Below the pieces are notes generated by a model, which was not told the origin of the DNA, searched no databases, and saw nothing but the letters and a program-made list of their open reading frames with translations. From IMG/VR virus record IMGVR_UViG_2895374923_000002, positions 15,523 to 79,522 of that record: a stretch of DNA of 64,000 nt. One strand, given 5' to 3'. Source of the stretch: a virus. This document shows positions 37,379 through 47,333 of this stretch, piece after piece. Made by a program: the position numbers and the translations under genes. How positions within the stretch are numbered: the stretch's first letter is position 1; each line of letters opens with the position of its first letter.

Positions 37379-37852
37379 ATGCCGAGAGGCGGACATGCCA
37401 ATTCCGGCCCGCCGCCGGACCCGAACGCTCTACGTCGTGATCGTCCGGGCGATGCAGCCACCTGGACGACCCTTCCCGCCGAGGGGCGCCAAGCCGACCC
37501 TCCGGAGTGGCCTCTGCTTGAGCCCGATGGCCGGGAGTGGGAGCTGTGGGCGGACCTGTGGACGAAGCCGCAGGCGTTGATGTGGGAGCGGCTCGGGCAG
37601 TGGTACGAGGTCGCGATGTGCGTGCGGATGCTGGCACGCGCGGAGCAGCCGAAATCGTCGATCGAGCTGCAGAAGGTTGTCCGCCAGTACTTCGACTCGC
37701 TGGGCTTGTCCACGCAGGGGATGCTGCGGAATCGGTGGCGGATCGCTCCGAACGAGGTCGCGGAGAAGCGGGCGACGAAGACTGCGGCGAAGGCTCCGGC
37801 CGGGCGGTCGATGCGTGACCGACTGAAGGCTCTTGATGGCGGGGGAGCGTAG
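37379..37852 (+). CDS. terS: Terminase small subunit
   Basis: GPPPDPNALRR...PEWPL...LGLS..G.LRNRWRI; immediately upstream of terL. Confidence 0.8.
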   Translation: MPRGGHANSGPPPDPNALRRDRPGDAATWTTLPAEGRQADPPEWPLLEPDGREWELWADLWTKPQALMWERLGQWYEVAMCVRMLARAEQPKSSIELQKVVRQYFDSLGLSTQGMLRNRWRIAPNEVAEKRATKTAAKAPAGRSMRDRLKALDGGGA

Positions 37853-39494
37853 CTCTCGTCCTCTGCTCGTCGCGCCGGCGTGGGTCGAGGCGCACTGCGT
37901 GATCCCGGACGGGTTCCGGCGTGGGGCGCCGTTCAACCTGTACGACTACCAGCTGCGCTATCTCGCCGCCTTCTACCTGGTGCGCGGCGATGCTGTGTGG
38001 CAGCCGGAGGATCCGGTCCTGGGTCCGGCCTTCGTGTATCGGCGCGGTTTGCTGGTCGGGCCGCAGAAGATCGGCAAGGGGCCGCATACTGCCGCGCACA
38101 TCTGCGTGGAGGGTGTCGGGCCTGCGCTGTTCGCGGGCTGGGCTGGGCGGGACGACGGTTACGCGTGTTCGGATTTCGAGTGTGGTTGCGGCTGGGAGTA
38201 CGCCTACGAGCGCGGCGAGCCGATGGGCATGCCGTGGCCGACGCCGCTGATCCAGATCACTGCGGTGTCAGAGGAGCAGACGGACAACATCTACGGCGCG
38301 CTCCGGCCGATGATCGAGCTGGGGCCGCTGTCGGACCTGATCCCGAAGACGGGCGAGGAGTTTATCCGCTTGCCGGGCGGCGGCCGGGTGGACACGGTGA
38401 CGTCGTCGGCTCAGTCGCGGCTGGGCCAGCGGATCACCTTCGCGCCGCAGGACGAGGTCGGGCTGTGGACGCCGACGAACCGGATGACGAAGGTCGCCGA
38501 CACCCAGTACCGCGGTCTTGCGGGTATGGGTGGGCGGGCGTCGGCGACGACGAACGCGTGGGATCCGTCGGAGAACTCGGTTGCCCAGCAGCAGTTCGAG
38601 TCGTCGGCGAAAGACATCTACCGGCAGTTCGTCCAGCCTCCTGGCCACCTCTCCTATCGGAACAAGGTCGAGCGCCGGCGGATCCATCGGATCGTGTACG
38701 CGGAGGCGCTGAAGGACAACGGCGGCCATGTGGACCTCGACTCGATTGAGGCGGAGGCCGCGGACCTGGCTGAGCGGGACCCGGCTCAGGCTGAGCGGTT
38801 CTTCGGCAACCGGATCGTGTACGGCGCCGGCCACTTCATCGACGGCGACGTGTGGGATGGCAGGGCGGCGCCGCGCGACGTCCCTGATGGCGTGCCGGTG
38901 GTGCTCGGCATGGACGGCTCAGACTCTGATGACTGGACCGGTATCCGGGCGGAGACCGCTGACGGATACCAGTTCACCCCGACGTTCGGCCCTGGCCGGC
39001 AGCCGACGGTGTGGGATCCGGCCGCATACGGCGGGCAGGTGCCGCGGCTGGAGGTGGCGGCGGCCTTCGACGAGCTGATGACCCGTTACCGGGTGGTGCG
39101 CGCCTACATCGACCCGCCCGGATGGTCATCGGAGATCGACGCTTGGGCCGAGCGGTACGGCGACAAGGTCGTCATCAGATGGGCGACGTACCGGCCGGTA
39201 CAGATGCATGCGGCGAACGAGCGGCTGCTGGTGGACGTCGGTAAGGCAGATTCGCCGTTCACGCATGACGGTTGCCCGATCACGGCGATCCACGTCCGCA
39301 ACACCAGAAAGGCGCCGCGCCCTGGTCAGCGGTATGTGCTGGCGAAGGCCAGCCACACCCAGAAGATCGACCTGACCGTGTGCTCGGTGCTCGCGCACGA
39401 GGCGTACGGTGACGCGCTCGCTGCTGGCTTGTTCACGGTTGAGAAGCCCACAGAGAACCTGATCTACACGGCGTCATCGACACGGCGGAGGTGA
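37836..39494 (+). CDS. terL: Terminase large subunit
   Basis: Walker A GPQKIGKG, Walker B QDEVG, nuclease LGMDGS..DD.T, KID. Confidence 0.93.
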   Translation: MAGERSSRPLLVAPAWVEAHCVIPDGFRRGAPFNLYDYQLRYLAAFYLVRGDAVWQPEDPVLGPAFVYRRGLLVGPQKIGKGPHTAAHICVEGVGPALFAGWAGRDDGYACSDFECGCGWEYAYERGEPMGMPWPTPLIQITAVSEEQTDNIYGALRPMIELGPLSDLIPKTGEEFIRLPGGGRVDTVTSSAQSRLGQRITFAPQDEVGLWTPTNRMTKVADTQYRGLAGMGGRASATTNAWDPSENSVAQQQFESSAKDIYRQFVQPPGHLSYRNKVERRRIHRIVYAEALKDNGGHVDLDSIEAEAADLAERDPAQAERFFGNRIVYGAGHFIDGDVWDGRAAPRDVPDGVPVVLGMDGSDSDDWTGIRAETADGYQFTPTFGPGRQPTVWDPAAYGGQVPRLEVAAAFDELMTRYRVVRAYIDPPGWSSEIDAWAERYGDKVVIRWATYRPVQMHAANERLLVDVGKADSPFTHDGCPITAIHVRNTRKAPRPGQRYVLAKASHTQKIDLTVCSVLAHEAYGDALAAGLFTVEKPTENLIYTASSTRRR

Positions 39495-39500
39495 CGCCCG

Positions 39501-41021
39501 GTGGCTATGCCTCTGCCTGTCTCCGAGGTGACGGTCTCGGATGAGGCCCGCCGGGCGGTCGCGCTGTTGAACCGGCTCGCGGACGAACTGCGGCGCCGGG
39601 AGCCGGAGACGACGAAGCGGCTGGACTACTACAAGGGCGAGCACAAGCTCTGCTACGCATCGCCCGAGTTCCGTGACTATTTCGCGGATCGGTTCAAGGG
39701 TTTCTCCGACAACTGGACCGCGCCCGTGGCTGCAGCGCCGGCGGAGCGGATGAATGTCCTCGGGATCCGGTTGCCGGGGCAGCAAGAGACTGACGCTGAG
39801 CTGTCGGAGGCGTGGCGGCTGGCCGACTGTGAACGCGGCTCCAGTGAGGCGTTCGTCGTCATGATGGCCGCGGCTCGCGCATACTGCCTGGTGTGGGGCA
39901 CCGAGGATGACGAACCTCGGGTGACGTGGGAGCGGCCCGATCAGGCGATCGTCGCCTACGACTCCGACACGGGCGAGCCGATCGCCGGGCTGAAGCTGTG
40001 GGCGGACGACACTCGCGAGTACGCGACCCTGTACGAGAAGCTCTTCGTGTGGAAATTCGACCGGCCACGGTATGCCCGGACGGGTTACAGCGTGGCAGGG
40101 CTGATCGTCCCTCAAGGTAGCGATGTGGTGCGGTCGGCTGGGCCTGAGGGCTGGCTACCGCGGCGGGGTCCGAACGATGACACGTGGCCGGTCGCGAATC
40201 CGATGAGGCGCGTCCCCATGGTGGAGCTGCGCAACCAGACGCTGCTCGATGATGACCCCATCAGCGACATTGCGGGCGTGATGGCCATGCAGGACGCCAT
40301 CAATTTGACGTGGGCGTACTTGATGAACGCCTTGGACTTCGCGTCGCTGCCGCAGCGGGTCGTGATGGGCGCCGACATCCCGAAGTTGCCGATCTTGGAT
40401 GAGAACGGGCAGAAGGTCGGGGAGCGGCCGATCCAACTGGACACGCTCATCAACGAGCGGATTCTGTGGTTGACCGGCGGCGCCACCATCGGCTCGTGGC
40501 CGGCGGCGGATCTGGCCGCCTACAGCAACGTGATCGAGCGGGCGATCGAGCACCTGGCCGCGCAGACCCGGACCCCGCCGCATTATCTGATCGGCAAGGT
40601 CGCCAACCTGTCTGCGGAGGCGCTCACCGCCGCGGAGACCGGCCTGGTGGCCAAGACCGGTGAGCGGATCGTCTACTGCAACAGCGGGATCAGGGAGATT
40701 AACTCGCTGATGGCTGCCGCGATGGGCGACGAGGCGAAGGCCAAGGCGTGCCGCCGTGGTGTCGTGGTGTGGGCGGACACGCAGTTCAGGGCGATCGGCC
40801 AGAAGGTCGATGCGCTCATGAAGTTGAAGGCGATGGGCTTCCCGACCAGGTGGATCGCTGAGCAGTACGGGCTCGAACCGCCGGAGGTGGAGCGGGTCAT
40901 GGCGATGATCGACGAGCAGGCGCAGTTGGACCCGCTCAACCAGATGGTCAACGGCGGAGTCGAACTACCTCCGCCGCCCAGCGCGGCGGCGGGCGAGATC
41001 CCGTTCCCGGCCGAGGAGTAG
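39501..41021 (+). CDS. Portal protein (SPP1 gp6-like)
   Basis: Position after terL; YYKGEH, QDAIN, P.HY..G...N.SAEAL. Confidence 0.9.
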   Translation: MAMPLPVSEVTVSDEARRAVALLNRLADELRRREPETTKRLDYYKGEHKLCYASPEFRDYFADRFKGFSDNWTAPVAAAPAERMNVLGIRLPGQQETDAELSEAWRLADCERGSSEAFVVMMAAARAYCLVWGTEDDEPRVTWERPDQAIVAYDSDTGEPIAGLKLWADDTREYATLYEKLFVWKFDRPRYARTGYSVAGLIVPQGSDVVRSAGPEGWLPRRGPNDDTWPVANPMRRVPMVELRNQTLLDDDPISDIAGVMAMQDAINLTWAYLMNALDFASLPQRVVMGADIPKLPILDENGQKVGERPIQLDTLINERILWLTGGATIGSWPAADLAAYSNVIERAIEHLAAQTRTPPHYLIGKVANLSAEALTAAETGLVAKTGERIVYCNSGIREINSLMAAAMGDEAKAKACRRGVVVWADTQFRAIGQKVDALMKLKAMGFPTRWIAEQYGLEPPEVERVMAMIDEQAQLDPLNQMVNGGVELPPPPSAAAGEIPFPAEE

Positions 41022-41024
41022 CCG

Positions 41025-41951
41025 GTGGCGACGCCGCGAGAGATAGCCGTCGCCCACCAGCGGCGCCAGCGGTCCGTCCTTTTGGCGGTGGTAGCGGCGA
41101 TTCTCGGGCTGTGGCGGCGCATCAACCGCGACAGGCTGACCGAGTCGTGGCAAGCCGGTGTCGGGCCGTCGATCGTGGAGACGATGGCGCGGGCTCAGGT
41201 GAGTGCGGCGGCGCTGGTGCCTGTCTATTTACGGGAGCTGGCTGAGGCTCAACGGATTGGCGCGCCTGAACTTGAGGTGGTGCCGGAGGCGTTCGGGCGG
41301 AGCGCGTCGGATGGGCGTCCGCTGGAGACGCTCATGTACCAGCCGGTCATCGCTCTCAAACGGCTCCTCGCAGATGGTGTGCCGATCGAAGATGCGATGC
41401 GGAGAGCGACCGCTCACATGGCGATGATCGCCTCCACACAGGCGGCCGACGCCGGACGTGGAGCCGTCGAGGCGGGCATGACCGTCCAGCGCGAATGGAC
41501 GATGTACGTGCGGGTGGTCAACCTGCCCGCCTGCTCGCGATGCATCATCCTGGCAGGCCGGGTGTATCCGCACTCCACGGGCTTCCAACGCCACCCCAAC
41601 TGCGACTGCGAAATGATGCCCGTGACCAGCGATGATGTGTCGCTCCCATCGCCGCAGACCTTGTTCAAGCAGATGTCGCCCGAGGAGCAGAACCAGCGGT
41701 TCGGCAAGGCGGGCGCCGAAGCCCTCCGGCTCGGCGCCGACATGGGCCAGGTGGTGAATGCCCGCCGCGGCATGCGGACTGCAGGCCAGCGGCTGGTCAC
41801 CACAACCGGAACCTCCCGCCGTGGCGTCGCGGGCAGGCGCCTTCGCGGCCGAGTTCGGCTGATGCCGGAGTCGATCCTGGCCGAAGCCGGAGATGACCGG
41901 GACCTCGCCGTCGACCTGCTGCGGCAGTACGGCTACCTGATCGAACGCTGA
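41025..41951 (+). CDS. Minor capsid / head morphogenesis protein (MuF-like)
   Basis: YVRVV..PACSRC.ILAG...FQRHPNCDC. Confidence 0.8.
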   Translation: MATPREIAVAHQRRQRSVLLAVVAAILGLWRRINRDRLTESWQAGVGPSIVETMARAQVSAAALVPVYLRELAEAQRIGAPELEVVPEAFGRSASDGRPLETLMYQPVIALKRLLADGVPIEDAMRRATAHMAMIASTQAADAGRGAVEAGMTVQREWTMYVRVVNLPACSRCIILAGRVYPHSTGFQRHPNCDCEMMPVTSDDVSLPSPQTLFKQMSPEEQNQRFGKAGAEALRLGADMGQVVNARRGMRTAGQRLVTTTGTSRRGVAGRRLRGRVRLMPESILAEAGDDRDLAVDLLRQYGYLIER

Positions 41952-42045
41952 CCTTCTTAACCCGTCCTGCCTCCGCTGGCCGGGCTGTTTCGCATGCCCT
42001 CGCGCAACGCCAGGGCTCCACCTTCCGCAATGGGAGACACCTCGC

Positions 42046-42885
42046 ATGACCACCGAATCCACCCTGCCCTTCCACCCTCGTACTGGCCTTCAGGCGCTCG
42101 GACTGTTCCGCAATGGAAAGCCGATCTGGCCCGCGCTCGGCGCCTCGGAGGACGGCGATGACGATGTCGTCGTCTCTGACGCGGACGACTCTTCGGGCGA
42201 CGCGGACACAGACGCCAAGGCCGACTCCAGCACCGATGACGGTGCGGATGACTCCGGCCGGGATGCTGGCGCTGACGACGACAAGCCGCTCGGCCCCAAG
42301 GGCGAGCGGGCCCTGCAGGCGGAGAAGGACCGGCGCCGCGAGGCAGATCGTCTGCGCAGGCAGGCGGCGAGGGAGCGGGATGAGGCTCTCGCCGAACTGG
42401 CCCGGCTGCGGCAAGCGGCAGAGCAGAAGCCGGCAGGCGACGACGCCGACGACAAGGGCCCCGATCTGGATGCCATCCGCAGGGAGGCGACGGAAGCGGC
42501 CAAGGCCGCGGTCAAGGCGGAGGTTTTGAAGGACCGCGTCAGCGACAAGATCGAAGTACTTGCTGCGAAGCGATTCCAGGACGCGGGCGATGCAGTCACG
42601 CACCTGATGCGCTCCAGCGAGATCGCGGACTTCCTCGACGGCGACAAGATCGACGCCGAGGCCATTAAAGAAGCTCTCGACGAGCTTCTCGAAAAGAAGC
42701 CCTACCTGGCTGTGGCAGCGCAAAGCACCCGGCGATTCCAGGGCTCAGGGGACGGCGGTGCCCGCAAGGGGCCCCAGAAGCCAGCCCAGTTCACCAAGGA
42801 CGACCTCAAGCGGATGTCGCCCGAGGAAATCGTCAAGGCGCAGGACGAGGGACGTTTCGACGACCTTCTCGGCATCGCGCGCTAG
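42046..42885 (+). CDS. Capsid scaffolding protein
   Basis: Acidic linker, coiled coil LGPKGERAL, position before the capsid gene. Confidence 0.8.
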   Translation: MTTESTLPFHPRTGLQALGLFRNGKPIWPALGASEDGDDDVVVSDADDSSGDADTDAKADSSTDDGADDSGRDAGADDDKPLGPKGERALQAEKDRRREADRLRRQAARERDEALAELARLRQAAEQKPAGDDADDKGPDLDAIRREATEAAKAAVKAEVLKDRVSDKIEVLAAKRFQDAGDAVTHLMRSSEIADFLDGDKIDAEAIKEALDELLEKKPYLAVAAQSTRRFQGSGDGGARKGPQKPAQFTKDDLKRMSPEEIVKAQDEGRFDDLLGIAR

Positions 42886-42907
42886 CTGATCAACAAGGAA
42901 GGCTGAA

Positions 42908-43780
42908 ATGTCTATCAGGCGTTTCGTGCCGGAGATCTGGTCCGCCCGCCTGTTGGTGGCGCTCCGGAAGAAGCTCGTGTACGCGGGCCCCGGCGTTGTG
43001 AACCGCGACTACGAGGGCGAGATCCAGGAGGCGGGCGACACCGTCCGCATCACGTCGATCTCCGACCCGACTGTGGCCACGTACGTGCCGAACAGCACCA
43101 CCATCACGCCCGAGGAACTCACCGACGCCCAGCGGACGCTGCTCATCGACCAGGTGAAATATTTCGCGTTCAAGGTCGACGACGTGGACGCCCGCCAGGC
43201 GAAGGGAGACGTCATTCCCGAGGCCATGTCTCGCGCTGCGTACAAGCTGGCCGACGTCGTCGATCAGTATGTGGCCGGGCTGTACACCGGCATTCCGGCG
43301 GCGAACGTGGTCACTGCTGTCACCATCGACACCTCGAACCCGACCTCGTGGGCGACGGAGGCGGCCAAGGCGTACAACGACGTCCTCATTCCGCTGAAGG
43401 TCGTGCTCGACCAGGCGGACGTTCCAACCGAGGGACGCTTCGTCGTCATCCCGCCGGTCTTCCACGGCGTGCTGCTGCGCGATGACCGATTCGTCCGGCT
43501 GGACGCCTCCGGCACCACCGAGGGCCTGCGCAACGGCATGGTCGGCCGGGCCGCCGGGTTCGACATCCTCATGTCGAACAACACCCCGGTCCCCGGCGCG
43601 AACCAGAACGTCATCACCGCGGGCACGGACATGGCGATCTCCTATGCCGAGCAGATCAACAAGACCGAGGCGTACCGGCCCGAGGGCGGGTTCTCCGACG
43701 CGGTCAAGGGGCTCGCGCTGTACGGGGCCAAGCTTCTCCGCCCCGAGGCACTCGCCTCCTGCACCATCACCACCGGCTGA
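42908..43780 (+). CDS. Major capsid protein (HK97 fold, P22-coat-like)
   Basis: FVPEIWSA, NRDYEGEI...GDTVRI, IDQ.KYFAF.VDD.D, YG.K.LRPE. Confidence 0.92.
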   Translation: MSIRRFVPEIWSARLLVALRKKLVYAGPGVVNRDYEGEIQEAGDTVRITSISDPTVATYVPNSTTITPEELTDAQRTLLIDQVKYFAFKVDDVDARQAKGDVIPEAMSRAAYKLADVVDQYVAGLYTGIPAANVVTAVTIDTSNPTSWATEAAKAYNDVLIPLKVVLDQADVPTEGRFVVIPPVFHGVLLRDDRFVRLDASGTTEGLRNGMVGRAAGFDILMSNNTPVPGANQNVITAGTDMAISYAEQINKTEAYRPEGGFSDAVKGLALYGAKLLRPEALASCTITTG

Positions 43781-43795
43781 ACGGAGGACTGACTC

Positions 43796-44176
43796 ATGGC
43801 TCGTACCGCCGTGGCCTACCGGAACCTGGTGGCCAACAGCTCGCTCAACGGCGCCACCGGCCCGACGACCGTGGATTCCACACTCGTCACCAACGGCGTT
43901 GTCGTCAACGCGGCCGTCCCGGAGCTCACCGTCATCCGGGTCACCCACACCGACGCCACCGCGCACGACTTCATCCTGCGCGCCGGCGACTACCCGCCCG
44001 CGTGGGCGGCCGGTCAGGGCGACCTGACCGTTGAGGTGGCGGCAACCTCCGGGGTCCGCTACTTCGGCCCGTTCGAGTCCGGCCGGTTCCTCCAGTCGGA
44101 CGGGACCATGCACATCGACTTCGAGACCGGTTTCGCGGGCAGCATCGACATCCTCAAGGTGCCGAGGGGCACCTGA
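43796..44176 (+). CDS. Putative capsid decoration protein
   Basis: Small beta-rich ORF directly after the capsid gene. Confidence 0.55.
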   Translation: MARTAVAYRNLVANSSLNGATGPTTVDSTLVTNGVVVNAAVPELTVIRVTHTDATAHDFILRAGDYPPAWAAGQGDLTVEVAATSGVRYFGPFESGRFLQSDGTMHIDFETGFAGSIDILKVPRGT

Positions 44177-44496
44177 TGACGGAAACCGGACACTTTCGTG
44201 GCTCCGGCAACGTCGTCTGGGAGCTCAGCCTGCCGCTCAACGAAGTCATGCAGGAGCAGCTCACCAAGGGCTACCTGCTCCGGGTCAACGCGGACGGAAG
44301 TGCGTATGTGGAGGCTGCAGCCGGAGAATCCGAGATGAGCGTTGACGACGCCCCGGCCGTCGAAGCGCCGCCGCCCACCAGCGCCTCGAAGGCTCATTGG
44401 GTCGGCTATGCGCACAGGGTGCATGGCATCCCCATTGATGACGCCGAAGCGATGACGAAGAACGACCTGATGGAGCGATTCGGCGCCCAGGCATAG
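44176..44496 (+). CDS. Hypothetical head-region protein
   Basis: C-terminal WVGYA...AEAMTKNDL helical motif. Confidence 0.5.
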   Translation: MTETGHFRGSGNVVWELSLPLNEVMQEQLTKGYLLRVNADGSAYVEAAAGESEMSVDDAPAVEAPPPTSASKAHWVGYAHRVHGIPIDDAEAMTKNDLMERFGAQA

Positions 44497-44505
44497 GAGG
44501 ACCCG

Positions 44506-45078
44506 ATGCCTCCTCTGCCCTTGGCCTCTCCCGCTGACGCGGTCAGGCTCGGCTACACCCTGCCCTCAGGCCGGGAGATGGAGTTCCTGGCCCGAGCCTC
44601 CGCCCGGCTGCGCAGAGATGCCGGCAGGCCGATCTCTTCGACCACCTCGACCGTCCGCCTCAGGGTGGAGGGCGGGAAGGTCATGCTGCCGGGCGGACCG
44701 GTCACCGCGGTCTCCACCGTGGTCCGGCTGCCGGAGGACGGCGGCGCCACCCTGACCGGGTGGCGGTGGGACGGCATGGAGCACATCCACTGCATCCCGC
44801 TGTGGTGCGCAGACGTACTCGTCACCTACACCCACGGCCTCGCCACCATCCCCGACGAGCTGCTGGACCTCGTCTGCTCAGTCGCCGTACGGCTGGGCCA
44901 GACCGAGGAAGCGCCAGGCATGGAAGTGGGCAAGCGCTCCGAGTCCATCGATGACTACGCGGTCACCTACGCGGTCGAGGCGATCGAAACCGCGTCCGGG
45001 CTGCTGCCGGGGGAGAGCCAGCAACTGGCCGCGTTCCTCGGCTCCTCGCCGGGCGCGTACGTGGTGAGGCCGCGATGA
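44506..45078 (+). CDS. Head-to-tail adaptor
   Basis: LA.AS..LR...G, V.YTHG...IP, ESIDDY.VTY. Confidence 0.75.
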   Translation: MPPLPLASPADAVRLGYTLPSGREMEFLARASARLRRDAGRPISSTTSTVRLRVEGGKVMLPGGPVTAVSTVVRLPEDGGATLTGWRWDGMEHIHCIPLWCADVLVTYTHGLATIPDELLDLVCSVAVRLGQTEEAPGMEVGKRSESIDDYAVTYAVEAIETASGLLPGESQQLAAFLGSSPGAYVVRPR

Positions 45079-45467
45079 GTGTCTCCGGCGTCCTCGCCCA
45101 AGGCCGGGCGGCGGCGCTGCAGCTCATGCGCGACACCTGTGTGGTGGAGCGCAAGGACGGCGATCCAGTCCTCAACGAGACCACCGGCGTCCTCGAGCAG
45201 CAGTGGGCGCCCATATACACCGGCGCATGCCGGGTGAAGCCCCGTTCCTCATCGGAGACGGAATGGGGCGAGCGAGAGGTCACCCTGCACTCGTATGTGG
45301 CCGTGCTCCCGTGGGACGCCGCACCCGAAATCCAGCGTGAAGACCAGCTCACCATCACCGCGTCCGACGACACCTGGCTGATCGGACGCCACCTTGAGGT
45401 GATCGCCATCTCCCTCGCCGGGGCCGCAACGGCCCGGCGCCTGCTCGTAGAGGACAAGGAGGGCTGA
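45075..45467 (+). CDS. Head-to-tail stopper (DUF6093-like)
   Basis: LM.DTC.VER...D..TG...YTG.CRVK. Confidence 0.75.
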   Translation: MSVSGVLAQGRAAALQLMRDTCVVERKDGDPVLNETTGVLEQQWAPIYTGACRVKPRSSSETEWGEREVTLHSYVAVLPWDAAPEIQREDQLTITASDDTWLIGRHLEVIAISLAGAATARRLLVEDKEG

Positions 45468-45850
45468 TGGCCGAGATTGACGTCTCCGAGTTGCTCGGCC
45501 TTGTCCGTTACCTCGACAACGCCGAGCACGAGGCTGCTCGTAGGACCCATCCCGTGGTTGAGCGTCACGCCAAGGCACTCGGCGAGCAGTGGCGGAAGAA
45601 CGCGCGGGCGACTGCACGCCGACACGGCAAGCGCTACCCCAGCAGTATCACCGCCGGACAGGTGCCTACCGCTTCGGCAATCGAGTGGGAGATCGGGCCC
45701 GAGTCGATGCTGCCCCAGGGCGGCATGGGGCGCGGTTTCGAGTACGGGTCACGCAACCAGCCGCCCCACTGGGACGGTGCCCGGGCGGCGATCCAGGAGG
45801 AACCCAAGTTCGTGGCGTCCATCGATGAGGTCGTCCGGAGCCTGTTGTGA
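45467..45850 (+). CDS. HK97 gp10-like tail completion protein
   Basis: EIGP...G....FEYGSRNQPPH. Confidence 0.7.
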   Translation: MAEIDVSELLGLVRYLDNAEHEAARRTHPVVERHAKALGEQWRKNARATARRHGKRYPSSITAGQVPTASAIEWEIGPESMLPQGGMGRGFEYGSRNQPPHWDGARAAIQEEPKFVASIDEVVRSLL

Positions 45851-46257
45851 CTCCGTTACCGTCGAGGCCGCTCGCCCAGGCGTTGCTAGATCGCTGGCGT
45901 CTCGCTGTGCCGGTAACGCTGACCATCCATGATGCGAAGGCACCCCAGGATGCGGCTCCGCCGTATGCGGTGATCTTCTTCGACACCGGAATGAAGTCGG
46001 GGTTCCACCGCAACCTCGTCAACGACGGGCCGAACGAGCTCCGCTACCAGGTCACCTCGGTGGGGGAGACCCGAGATCAGGCTGCGTGGGTAGCCGACAA
46101 GATGGCTGCCGCGGTACTCGGCAGCGCTCCCGAGCTGCCTGGTCGGAGGATCTGGCCGGCCGTTGAAGAGGGAAGCCAGCCAGTTCGGCGTGAGGACGAA
46201 TCGACCGCGTTGTTTTACGGCACCTCGCAGTACCTGACCAGGTCAGATCCAGCCTGA
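45847..46257 (+). CDS. Tail terminator protein
   Basis: AAPPYAVI...YQVTSVG.T..QA.WVAD. Confidence 0.7.
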   Translation: MTPLPSRPLAQALLDRWRLAVPVTLTIHDAKAPQDAAPPYAVIFFDTGMKSGFHRNLVNDGPNELRYQVTSVGETRDQAAWVADKMAAAVLGSAPELPGRRIWPAVEEGSQPVRREDESTALFYGTSQYLTRSDPA

Positions 46258-46269
46258 CATCCAGTTTCC

Positions 46270-46294
46270 GGCCCGCCTCCGAGCGGGCTTTTTT
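46270..46294 (+). terminator. Intrinsic terminator
   Basis: GGCCCGC-CTCCGA-GCGGGC followed by TTTTTT. Confidence 0.75.
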
Positions 46295-46315
46295 CATGCC
46301 CTGAGGAGAGCCCGC

Positions 46316-46639
46316 ATGGCTACCTACACCGCCGAGGCGATGACGGTCGCTGGGACCGCCCTGACCTCCAGGTCTGCCGCCTCCGGAGACAAGATCACCC
46401 CGGACGACAACCTGTTCCTGATCATCACCAACGGTGGCGGCTCGCCCATGACCGTCACGGTCGCCGTGCCTGGGACCAACTCCTACGGCGAGGCGAATCC
46501 AGACCCGGTCCGCACGATCACCAACGCCACCACGAAGGCGGTCAAGCTCCTGCGCGAGTGGGCCGACCCCAGTGACGGGCTCATCGCGCTGACGTGGTCG
46601 GCGACCACCAGCGTCACCTACTTCGTCGTCCGGGGCTGA
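46316..46639 (+). CDS. Small virion structural protein
   Basis: Beta-rich, located in the neck/tail block. Confidence 0.55.
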   Translation: MATYTAEAMTVAGTALTSRSAASGDKITPDDNLFLIITNGGGSPMTVTVAVPGTNSYGEANPDPVRTITNATTKAVKLLREWADPSDGLIALTWSATTSVTYFVVRG

Positions 46640-46640
46640 C

Positions 46641-46838
46641 GTGAGCCAGCACCTCATCCGCGACGAGTACGGCAACGAGTTCCCCGTCGACTCCACCGCG
46701 CTCCCGTTCTGGGAGAACCGCGAGGGCCACACCATCGTCGGCCCCATCCCCGAGCCCGGCGACGAGCCTGAGCCCGCCGAGGCCACCAAGACCACGAAGA
46801 AGGCGGCGCCCCGGCCTGCCTCAGAAGACAAGGAGTAG
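46641..46838 (+). CDS. Small hypothetical protein
   Basis: ORF before the major tail gene. Confidence 0.5.
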   Translation: MSQHLIRDEYGNEFPVDSTALPFWENREGHTIVGPIPEPGDEPEPAEATKTTKKAAPRPASEDKE

Positions 46839-46844
46839 CAGGCC

Positions 46845-47333
46845 ATGGCCAAGCGGCTCACCGACGGGAACACGAAGGCGACCTTCGTCCCGACCATCAA
46901 CTCCCTCTCGGCGCCGACCGTCGCCGAGCTCACGGACGCAGGCATCGTAGTTCTGGAGAACACCGTCACCGATGACGGCCTCGACATCTCCTTCGATGAG
47001 GGCGCGGTCGAGGGCAATGTGCTGGCGAGCACTCAAGACTTCGAAAGCCCTGGGCGCAGCAAGGCTCAGATCGAGCTCACCTACTACCGGGATTCCACGG
47101 CTGGCTCCGACCGTATGTGGTCGGTCATGACGCGCGGCACCGCTGGCTATCTGGTGGTCCGTCGCGGTGTCACGGCCGCGACCGCCTACGCCGCGTCGCA
47201 GAAGGTCGAGGTGTACACGGTGACCTGTGGTGAGCGCCGGCCGATGGCTCCTGAGCGTGAGAGTTACGAGAAGGTGCAGCTCAAGCTGTACCCGTCTGGC
47301 ACGTACACGACTGAGGCGACCGTGGCGGCCTGA
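46845..47333 (+). CDS. Major tail protein
   Basis: DG..K..FVPTI...SAPT.AEL...GY.VVRRG...V.VY.V.CG. Confidence 0.85.
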   Translation: MAKRLTDGNTKATFVPTINSLSAPTVAELTDAGIVVLENTVTDDGLDISFDEGAVEGNVLASTQDFESPGRSKAQIELTYYRDSTAGSDRMWSVMTRGTAGYLVVRRGVTAATAYAASQKVEVYTVTCGERRPMAPERESYEKVQLKLYPSGTYTTEATVAA

